Assembly: GCA_042584585.1 (NCBI GenBank) | Contig: JBHOSQ010000004.1 | Coordinates: 1-64,000, forward strand | Direction: 5' to 3' | Origin: an archaeon | GTDB taxonomy: Archaea > B1Sed10-29 > WALL01 | DNA length: 64,000 nucleotides | Shown: positions 17,954 through 28,200 of the stretch, piece by piece | Layout: each line of letters opens with the position of its first letter | Position numbering within the stretch: position 1 is the stretch's first letter | The notes under the pieces: generated by a model | Told to the model about the DNA's origin: nothing | Database searches by the model: none | What the model saw: only the letters and a program-made list of their open reading frames with translations | Translations under genes and position numbers: made by a program

Positions 17954-19289
17954 GCCCGACTTTTCTCTCGAAGTCGTCCAGCGCGTCGTTGAGGTTGGGG
18001 CTGCCTATTTCTTCGAGGTTGTAGCGCACGCGGACCACTGGCTTGTTGGCGTTCACTATTTTGCCTAAGTCAATTGGCGTGCCGCTCACGACCACGTCGC
18101 ACTCAACACGGTTGATTGTTTCCTCAAGGTCTTTCAGCTGTTGGGCGTTGTAGCCCATGGCCGGCAAAACCTTGTCGAGCTGCGGGAACTCCGCGAACAC
18201 TTCTTTAAGGCTCTCGGACAAGTAGGGTTTGGGGCTAACGATTTCGGATGCGCCAAACCGCTTTGCCGCCACGAGGCCCGCGCCGTAGGACATGTTCCCG
18301 TGCGTTAGGGTCGGGCCGTCCTCCACGACGAGCACGCGCTTGTCGCGGATTTCCGCCTCGTCCTCGACAGAAACCGGAGAGTTGGCGTGGATTATTTTTG
18401 CTGCTGGGTTGATGGACTCCAGAGTTTCCGCGACGCGGTCGATGTTCTCCCGCTTCGCTGTGCCTTCCTTGTTGATTATCAAATAGTCGGCAAGGCGTGC
18501 GTTGACTTCGCCGGGGTATGAGCCGACTTCGTGGCCCGGACGGTGTGGGTCGGCCACAGTAATCAAAAGGTCGGGCACATAAAACGAGACCTCGTTGTTT
18601 CCGCCGTCGAAAACGATTACGTCTGCCTCTTCCTCGGCGTGCTCCAGGATTTGCTCGTAGTCCACGCCCGAGTAAATGACGAGACCGCGCTCGATGTACG
18701 GCTCGTACTCTTCGCGCTCTTCGATGGTGCAGTTGTACTTGTCAAGGTCTTCGTAAGTGGCGAAGCGCATGACCGTCTGCTCGACCAAATCGCCATAGGG
18801 CATGGGCTCGCGGATTGCCACGACTTTGTAGCCACGCTTCTTGAGCAGCTCCACGACCTTGCGGGACGTCTGGCTCTTGCCGCACCCAGTGCGGACGGCT
18901 GTGACTGCGATGACTGGCTTGCTGGCCTTAATCATTGTTGTCGACGGGCCGATTAGGCGGAAGTCCGCCCCTGCGGAAAGGGCGCGGGACGCCTTGTGCA
19001 TGACTTCGGCGTAGGCGAGGTCGGAGTATGCGAGCACGACCAAGTCAACGCTGTTTCCTTTCACAAACGACTCGAGCTCGTCCTCCGGAATGGTCTTGAT
19101 TCCCTCGGGGTATAGCTTGCCCGCGAGCTGTTGTGGATACCGCCTCATCTCGCCCTCGATAGTGCCGAGGTTCTGCTCCCCGGCCATGGTGAAGGCAAGC
19201 ACTTCGTAGTTAGGGTTGTCCCTGAACAGCCGGTTGAAACAGTGGTAGTCCATGCCTGCTGCGCCTATGATCACGACTCTAGTTGCCAT
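17946..19289 (-). CDS. COG2403 P-loop enzyme (arginine synthetase ArcE / cyclic-2,3-diphosphoglycerate synthetase family)
   Basis: AVRTGCGKSQTSR, PMPYGDL, CTIEEREEYEP, DGGNN, VVEDGPTLTHG, LPAMGY. Confidence 0.8.
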   Translation of the reverse strand: MATRVVIIGAAGMDYHCFNRLFRDNPNYEVLAFTMAGEQNLGTIEGEMRRYPQQLAGKLYPEGIKTIPEDELESFVKGNSVDLVVLAYSDLAYAEVMHKASRALSAGADFRLIGPSTTMIKASKPVIAVTAVRTGCGKSQTSRKVVELLKKRGYKVVAIREPMPYGDLVEQTVMRFATYEDLDKYNCTIEEREEYEPYIERGLVIYSGVDYEQILEHAEEEADVIVFDGGNNEVSFYVPDLLITVADPHRPGHEVGSYPGEVNARLADYLIINKEGTAKRENIDRVAETLESINPAAKIIHANSPVSVEDEAEIRDKRVLVVEDGPTLTHGNMSYGAGLVAAKRFGASEIVSPKPYLSESLKEVFAEFPQLDKVLPAMGYNAQQLKDLEETINRVECDVVVSGTPIDLGKIVNANKPVVRVRYNLEEIGSPNLNDALDDFERKVGLK

Positions 19290-19297
19290 AACTCAAA

Positions 19298-22200
19298 TCA
19301 CTTCAAAAGTTTTTTGATCTCGTCTTTTTTGAAAAGTAGCTGGAAGTCTGCCTCGCCAATCTTGCTCTTGTCGTCGGTCCGAACCGCGTCGTCGAGCACA
19401 GACATATTCGCTTCCTGCCCTTCAATCAGCTTGGCCATTGCGCTGCGATTCTTTCCGGTGAGCGACGCCATCGCGTCCTTCGCCGCCTTGAGGTTCTCTT
19501 CGAACAGTTTCAGCCTGCGCTTTGTCTCTGGAGTGAACTCGCTCGGAGGCCTGCGCACTGGCTTTTTGGGTGCCGCTTTGACGGCTTTGTGTGTAGCTAC
19601 CTTGGCTGCTGGTTGGGGTGTCGCCGCCTTCGGCGCGGACACCTCCGTCTTCGGAACTAATGGCACCTTATCCGCGGGCTTTCCTCCCGGGGCAACTTTG
19701 GAGACTTTCTTGCTCAAGGCATCGACATCCCTAAGCACAACGCGTATGTACGCGACATCGTTCTTCTCGAGTGCATTGACGAGAGATTGCCTGTCCCCGG
19801 CAAGGGCTTCAAGCTCGTTCTCCAACAACTTGACATTGGAGCCCTTCTTTTTCGCGAGTGAAATGTCCCTGTGGAAAGTATCCAGCATTCCATCAAACGC
19901 CGCGAGCTGCCCCGCTGTTTCGGCAGACAGCGCCTTCTTTGGCGCCGCCGGCTCTGTCGCGGCTGCCCCCCGACTTGCTTCGGTTGGCTTCTTGGGTAGG
20001 GGCTTTGTTTCTTCTTTTGGCTTAAGCATGTCCGTCGGCTTTACAATCTTCCGGGGTGTCTCCCGGAGTGCTTTTTTGGGTGTCGCCGCCTTCAGCGCGG
20101 ACACCCCTGCCTTTGGCGCGGGCTTTTTGGTTGCCACTGGCTTCGGTGGCTTGCCGAGCGGGCCGATTGTTATGTGGCCGCGCAGCACGAGGAACACACC
20201 CACGAGTACAGCGACGAGCAAGAGCACTGACACTCCCTCGACAATAGGGATGGAGGTTATGTCCGCGATTTCGGGCGTTGGGGTGGGCGTCGCCGTTGGC
20301 TCTGGCGTGGCAACTGGCGTTGGGGTCGCCGTCACGTTTGGAGTGGAAGTTGGCTCTGGTACAACCACAGGCGGTGCGGCAGCGAATAGCTTGGGATTGT
20401 CCAGTTCCGTGATGAGGCGGTCCATGACCGCAAGGAGCATTTCCTTCTGCACCGTGTAGTTGATGCTTACTTTTCCGGACACGTCCCCGAACTCGAACGA
20501 CACAATCGGGTCGTCCTTGAGGATTGTCACGTCCGCCGGCGGATAAACGTCAATTATCAAGTCCGAAGCGATTTCGCTGAATTCCTTGGGCACTTCGTCC
20601 ACGAGCACGAGGTCAAGCACGGGCTCCGAGAAGTCAACAGACAGGGTCAGTGAAGTATTGGTCGTGAAGAAGATGTACTCGGTGGAGTAGTCAAACGCAC
20701 GTGTCACGTCGGCCACCTGGCGTGCCTGTGACGACGAGTCAACAAGGTCCGCGCCAACGCGCTCGCCGAGTGCCTGCTGTACCAGCGGGTCCTCCAATTC
20801 TTCGAGGATTGAGCTCTCGGAGTACTCGTCTTCCGTGAAGTTTGCTATGACGGGCTCGACCTTGACGATGCCGCCGCCTCCTCCTCCTCCGCCACCGCCG
20901 CCAGTGTCGTCGTCGCGGGCCCCTCCAGTTGGCGCTGCGGGAGCGGCAGCGTAGCTGATGGTGTCGTTGACTGGCGCGGCGGTGTTGTTTGGCATGTCCT
21001 TGCACCTGCCGTACACAGTCTTGGTGCCGTAACTCGAAGAAAGGGTCCAGGCGACCGTGTCGCCGTAGTCATACCACGCGGACCACGTCGTGTTGTCGTT
21101 GCTGTACTGGCAGTAGACCGCGCCGACCGCGGTCATGTCAAGGTTGACGTTTGGCGACGTGGTGCTGGCGCCGCCGCTGTTGATTGAGAGCGATTGGTTG
21201 GCCGGGGGCGTGGTATCGTTGGCGCCCACTATGCCGGAGAGGTGTGGCAGGAATATCTTGGTCTTATTGTCTACTGTGGTGTTGTAGCAGGGCGAGCCCG
21301 TGTAGCCCTCGCACGCTGTGATGATGGGGTCGCACGTCGGCGACTCTAGCGAGCCGTGGCAGTAGAACAGCGAGTCATAGACCACGGGGAGGAATATGGT
21401 GGCGTTGTAGTCGTCATAGAACGGCTCGAACTCTTCGAACTGGTCCACCCAAACCATGTCGACTACCGCGGTGACGATGCCCGTGAGCGCGTCCGTGACG
21501 TCAGACGTTTCGTTGTAGATGGTGAGCGTGTTCGCCCATGACGCGTTGGAAGCGAGGAGGTTCGTGATGTTTAGCCAGACGTTGGTCGTGTTGGCCACTA
21601 TGTTGACTCGCGTGTCTAGGAGCGTGAGGTTATCGTAGTCAGGGAGGTCGGTCTCGTTCGCGAAAGTAACGTTCAGCGTCGCGTTGGTCGTTGCGTTGAG
21701 CAGCCAGTCAGTGACGTTTACAGTGGCGTCCGTGAACACCCAGCGCTCGCTCGACAGGAGGTTGGCGCCGGTGTCGTTGGCGTAGACCGTGACGCGGTGC
21801 AGGCCCCCGGGCCGCGTGATGTTCATGGTGCTGTTGTCTGTAATGGTGGTGTTGGTGAGGCCGTCCAGGCCGAACCAGGTTGTGTCGACGAGGCCGTCAA
21901 CTTCATAGGTAAGTGTCACTCCGGTTTCGTTCCAGTCAAGCCTTCGTGCAGCGGCTCCGGAGTACGACGATAGGTTCGTGGGCGCGGTGACATTCAGCGA
22001 GAGCGGGGTGTTGTCTATCGAGAAGTTCAGCATGGACGAGTTGGTTAGGCCAAGGGTGTCGTTGGCGTAAATGGTGAAGTTGGCGATGCCGTTGGATATG
22101 CCCGTGGTGTCGTACTGGTACGGCGACAAAATGGTTGTGTTTGCCGAGCCGTTCAGCGAATACCACACGGTGTCTATCCCAATCCACTCTGTTATTGCCG

Positions 22201-25200
22201 GCTTGAGGAGGGTGCCCGGCGGGAATTGCGAGTTGTTGGGCGGGGAGGTCCACGAGATTTCGGGGGCGAACCTGTCGGAGTAAATGGTTATGTTTGTGGT
22301 GTTGTCTAGGTTGCCGGCCGTGTCGTTCACCAGGCAGGAGACCAAATACGTGTCGTTGGCCAATTCTGTGCCGTCTATTATCCCGGTGTAGTTGGAGTAG
22401 TTGGTTGTGTTTAGCTTGGTTCCGTTGGACATGTCGACGGTTGTGGACCAAGTCGAATTCGAGACGTTGAGCTGGACGGAGTCGACGTGCAGGTCGTAGA
22501 CGTCAAGGAATACGGATAGGTTTCCGAGCGGCGCGAAGGACGCGTTAGCCGGGTAAGTGAAATTCAGGGACGGCGCGGTGTTGTCGACCGTGTTGTTCAG
22601 CGTGTCGGTCACGGTGTTGCCGACCTCGTCGGTTAGGGTTAGGGTGACTACGACGGCGGCCTCCTGCATCAATGAGCCGTTTACGTCTGTGCCGTTCCAC
22701 GTGATGTTCATCTGGGTGTTGTTGGTGGCGGCGCCGGTCGTGTTCCAGTACGACGACGAGTCGTTCACCAGGATGGTGTAGTTGAACGGGAGGACGTCAA
22801 TTGCTGTGAACGTGAAGTTCAGCTCCGTGGCCAGTGCCCCGGAGATGATGTCGCTCGTGGCGTTGAACGCGGTTGTGATGTTGGGGGCGTTGCTGTCGAC
22901 CGTGATGTTCACAGGGCCCGACGAGTTGAAGTTGCCCGCCCAGTCGGTTATGTTTACCGTGACGCTTGCGTTGCCGTCGTCGAACCACGTGCCGTTAGCG
23001 AGCGTTCCGTTCCATGTGACGGTCGTGTTCGAAGAGCTGTTGGCGTCGCCGGTAATCAAGCGCTCCTGCACGCCGTTGCTTATGTTGACCTCGTAGGTGA
23101 CGGCCTCGCTCGGGCCGAACGTTATGTTTGCCTCGTGTGAGAGGTTGAGGGACAGCTGCGTCACGTCGATTACCATCGATGCCAGGAAACTCGGGATGAT
23201 GCTGTCGATGTTGATGGTGATTGGCGAGCTGCTCTGCTGGTTGGATGACACGTCGGTGACCGTTGCGACGACGCGCGAAGAGCTGAAGTTCACCGAGCCG
23301 TTCACGGACTTGCCGTCCCACTCAAGGGTAACGGGGGTGGCCGCGGTGGCGGAGCCGGTGTAGGTCCGTGTGTTCGCGGGGGTCGATAGGTCAAGGATTG
23401 TCAGGACGTAGCTGCCGGACTTCGTTGAAGTGAACGTTATGTTGGTCGCGTCTTCCGAGCCGGGGCTTGTGTGCGGCGAGATGTAGTAGTCCGATGCCGA
23501 AAGCGTCACGTTGGTGGCTGCGGAGCTGTCGACCTCGACCACTATGCTTGAGTTGCCCTCGTTGCCGTAGGGGTCGTATGCCCTTGCGACGATGGTGTAG
23601 TTGTCTTCGGCGAGTGCCGTCGAGTTATCGTTGGCGGTCCCGTCCCACGTGTGGAGCACCTGGACTCCAGCGGTCGTGGTGCCGTTAAACGTGCGGGCGC
23701 TCGTGCCGTCCGTTATGTTGATTAGGTAGGTCCCGCCCTCGTTCACTGTGAAGGTGAGGTTTGTGTCGCTGTCCGAGACGACTGCCGAGATATTGTAGTC
23801 CGTGGCCGCCAGGTCTGACGTGAACACTGGTGGCGTGCTGTCCAGTGTGACGGTCGTTGAGTCGGTGGTGAAGCTTCGCGCGTAGTCGTAGAACACGAGC
23901 GATGCCGCCCATGTGCCGTTGGTCATTATCGCGCCGTTGTCGTCCGTGCCGTCCCACGTGCACGTCACGCTGGAGCCGCTGTAAGTGCAGTTCTGTAGTC
24001 CGCTTGAGCCACTGCCGCTGCCCGCGGGGGCGCCGGAGCCACTGATGTTGTTGAGTATGCTCATGACGTCGAGGCGCGTGTAGTTCCTCGTCGAGTTGCT
24101 GTCGTATATGGTCGTGCCGTTGTTTACCAGGAGCGTCTCGATTTGTGCGGGCGTGAGTATGGTTGAATTGCGGAGCAGGTAGTCCTGCTGGATTACCGCG
24201 ACTGCCCCTGAGACGTGCGGCGCGGCCATGGAAGTGCCGTTGAACTCGGAGTATGCGTCGGACAGTACAGTGGAGTTGATGTTAACGCCGGGCGCAAGCA
24301 CGTCCAAGTTGGGCCCGCGGTTGCTGAACTCGGCCATGGCGTCGGCATCAGTGGAGGCGCCGACCGGGATTACGTAGGGCGAGCAGGCGGGATAGTTGAT
24401 TCCGGCGGTCTTGTCGTCGTTGCCGGACGATGCGACAAGTGTGATGTTCGCGGTTTTTGCCGATGACAGTGAAGAATCCATGTAGGTCGGGCAGGTTCCG
24501 TCCGTGTACTCGGGCTCTCCAACCTCACCGAAGCTCATGCTGATTACCGAGATGTTGTAGAGGCTCTGGTTGTTGGTGCACCAGTCCACGCCGGCGATTG
24601 CGTCGGCGAATGAGCCGCTACCAACGTTGTCCAGGACCTTGACCGCGATTATCTTGGCGCCTGGTGCGACGCCCTTGACCGTGCCATTGCCCGCGGCGAT
24701 GCCCGCAACGTGCGTGCCGTGGTTGTAGTCGTCGACGGGGTCGGTGTCGTCGTTGACGTAGTCGTACCCACCGATGACTTTGGCGCAAGTGCCTGCCAGG
24801 AATTCGGCCTGGGTGCAGTTGCCGAAGTCGTCGTGCGTGTAGTCGACACCGGAGTCAATTATGCAAATGTTTTGGTCGACGCCCGTGGAATTGATGCCGC
24901 CGGACTGGCGGAGCCACGCGTCGTCCGCGTTGGTGAGGGGGACACTGACCGAGCGGCTGGCGTAAATCGGCCGGTCGTATGCTATTGCGGATACGGCGCC
25001 GCTTTCGCGGAGCTTGTGCATTCCTTCGCGGGATATTTCTCCGGCGAGGGCGTTGGCCGTGGAGTACTGGTAGAGCGTGGAGAACTCGGTTGAGTTCACT
25101 GCGGCAAGCGCTTCGTTCTGGTTTTCCAGGACCGTGCCAACGTCGGCGAGGATGATGATGACGCTTGCTGTGTCGCCGAGGGCGATGTCCCTTTCTACCT

Positions 25201-28200
25201 CGGAGTCGACCGAGGCACCGGACAGGTCTGCGCCTGCGTTGCCGGTGAGGGTGGCGTTGAGGGTGCCGTCCGTTATGAGTATGTTGAAGGTTCCGTTTTC
25301 GGTGAAGTCAAAGGTTATGTTGGTCGAGCCGTTAGTGCTCGCGGCGGGAAGGAATCCGGAGAGCGCTGCCGGCGAGATGGAGAGGTTGCCGACTGTTGGG
25401 GCGACGTTGTCTATGATTACGTTCATTGTGGTGTCGTGGAGCGTGTTGCCCGCCATGTCGGTGAGGTACATGTCGACGGTTACGTTGGCGCCGTCGGGGA
25501 AGGGGTTGTTGAATTGGTCGCGTCCGTTCCACTCCACGGTTTCGTTGACTGCTTGGGTTGCGGTGCCCGTGAAGACGCGGGTGTAGGTCAATGCGCCGCT
25601 AACGTTTTCGAGGCTAACGTTGTAGTACTGCAGGTCTTCGTTGGGCGTGAAAACGATGTCACTGATTGAGGCGTATTGGCCAGAGACGTAGCCGGACAGG
25701 CGGGCGCCGTCGGTCATGTTGTTGGTGATGCCCTTCGTGATTTGGGGGTCGGTGATGTCGACGAGTATGGTGCGCTGGGTGCCGCTGATTTGGTTGCCCA
25801 GGGAGTCCGTAGCCGTAAGGGCCACGGTGGAGTTGCCGAGGATTATGGTGCCGGACGCTGTCTTGCCGTCCCAGGTGATGGACTTGGACACGTTGCCCGT
25901 GCAGCTGCCGGTCATGACGCGGGTGAGCGTGGTATTGGTTATGGTGACTATGTAGTCGGCGTCCCTGGTGACGTTGAACGAGATGGCTGCCGTGTCCTGG
26001 ATGCCGTCTGCGTTGGGCGAGATGTATACTGGAGAAACGGCGAGGTCGTTGTTGAACGTGAACGCGGATGCCGCGGAAGCTGTTTCGTTGGCCTCGTTGG
26101 AAGCATTGGAGGGGTTGCCCGCGAGGTCCAGTGCGGAGACCAGGTAGTAGTACTTGATGCCCTCGATTACCGCGGTGTCGTTGTACTCGGCAACGGTTGC
26201 GTTGGCGATGTTGTTGGACGCCGAGGCGGTGAAGTCGTCGGTGGTGGAGCGGTAGACGCGGTAGAGCGAGATGCCGACGTTGTCTGCGGACTCGGTCCAA
26301 TTGACCTTGATGGAGCCGTCGGTTCGCGCGGTGGCGTTGGTGCCCACTGGGATTGATGGCAGCTCGTCGTCGACGTAGACCGTGAGCGTGTCCGTGGCGT
26401 TGTTGCTTCCGCTGTCGATGACCACGAGCGTGGCTGTCGAGTTAGTCATATAAGTTGTGCCGTTGGTCCCGTTCCATGTGTTCGACACTTCGATGCCGGC
26501 GGACGTGGTGCCGTTGAACAGGAGGTAGTGCGTGGTGTTTGATATGTTGAGCGAGTAGGTTCCGGCCACGTTGGGGGTGAACGCGAGCGTTGTGTTGTCC
26601 TGGACGCCGGTGCTGTTTTGGGGCGAGATGTATTGGGGCGTCGCGGTGAGTGCGGAGAGGATTATGACGCCGGCGTTGTCTATTGTGATGTTGTTGCCTG
26701 CCACTGGCTCAAGCGGGTTGCCCGCGCGGTCTTCGCCTGTGACGTTCACGGAGTAGTTGCCGTCGGAGACGGGGGTGGTGTAGTCGCTTTCCGTGCCGTT
26801 CCAGGTTGTGCTGAGCGACGAGCCGGCCGTCGCGGAGATGGAACGGGTGAGGCCTCCACTGGAGTTGTATATGTTCACGGTCCAGTTGTCCATGTATTCG
26901 CTGGCCGTGGCCGTTATGGTGGAGGGGTTGAGTGCGTTGACGAACGTGGTGGGGCTGACCGAGACCGCGGATGTGAGGGTTGGGAGCACGTCGTCGATGG
27001 TGACGTTTTGTTCCCTGCCGTCGATGCGGAGGTAGTAGTCCTCTTGGTTTCCCATTTCGTCGGTGAGTGTGAGTACCACGACGACTTCCGCGCCGAAGGT
27101 GGTGGCGTTGTCCGTGGAGTTGCCGTTCCAGAGGATTGTTGTGGCCGAGCCGGTGCTGGCCGAGCTGGTGAAGGTGCGGGTGTAGGTGTTTTCGTCGCGG
27201 AGGCCGAGGACGTAGGTCGCGTCTTCGTCCACGTGGAAGGTGAATGTGGTGGTGTCCTGGACGCCGGTGCTGTTGATTGGCGAGATGAAGTAGTCCGAGC
27301 ACGTGAAGTTGATTGCCTGGGGCGCGAGGTTGTCAATCATTATCCAGCTCGTGTTGGTGGCGTTGTTGCCGAGGAAGTCGGTGACGTTCACGATGACGGT
27401 GGCGTTGCCTTCCGACATCAGCGAGCCATCGAACTTGGTGCCGTTCCACGTGTGGTTAACGAAAGTGTTGTTGGTGTAATTGGTGTAGTTGAGAACGAGG
27501 GTGGTGCCAAGGCTGTCGGTTACCACGAGCTCGTACGTCATGTTCCCGACGGGGTCCCACGCCGAGAACGAGATGTTGGCCTCGCTTTCGAGGATGCTGC
27601 CCGAGACGTTCTGGAGCGTTACGGTAAGGGTGCCGTTGATTACTGGGGGCGTGTTGTCGACGTCTACCGTGACGTTCGCGCCGGTCACTGAGTTGCCTGC
27701 GTCGTCTGTCGCTGTAAGGGTTACGTTGTAGCTGCCGTCCGTGACCGCGGTTCCGTTGGAGTAGGTGCCGCCCCAGTTAACTGTTTCCGGAGTGGCTGCG
27801 GTTTGGGTGCCCGTGAGTGCCAAGACGCCGGTTGCGTCGGTGGCGTTTGTGATGTTGAGGAGGTAGGAGCCGCTGGAGTCCACGGTGAAGTTCAAAACTG
27901 TGTAGTTGGTGGTGAGCATGCCGGTTATGTTGCCTTCGCTGGAGGTTAGGGCCGAGGTTATTGATGGCGCGCTGTTGTCGACTGTTAAGTTGAATAGCTC
28001 TGTGTTGCTGGGGTTGCCGGCCCAGTCCGTGAGCGTGAGGTTGGCCTCATACTCGCCTGCGGGCATTGCGGTGCCGTTGGTGAAGTTGCCGTCCCAGTAA
28101 ATGGTTTTGGTTCCGGTGGTTGTCTGGACGGTGCGGCTGCAGTTTTCGCCGCACGTTGAGAAGTTGAACGTGTAGTTGACCACGCCATTGGGGTTGCCGG

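Noticed and set aside
19131-20459. 442-aa + strand ORF and the many other 100-360 aa antisense ORFs over smc, ftsZ and the giant genes
   Set aside because: All fully overlap well-supported genes on the opposite strand and have low-information S/F/A/R composition.
20872-20901. (GGC/GGA)n microsatellite
   Set aside because: Encodes an ordinary poly-Gly linker with mixed codons.
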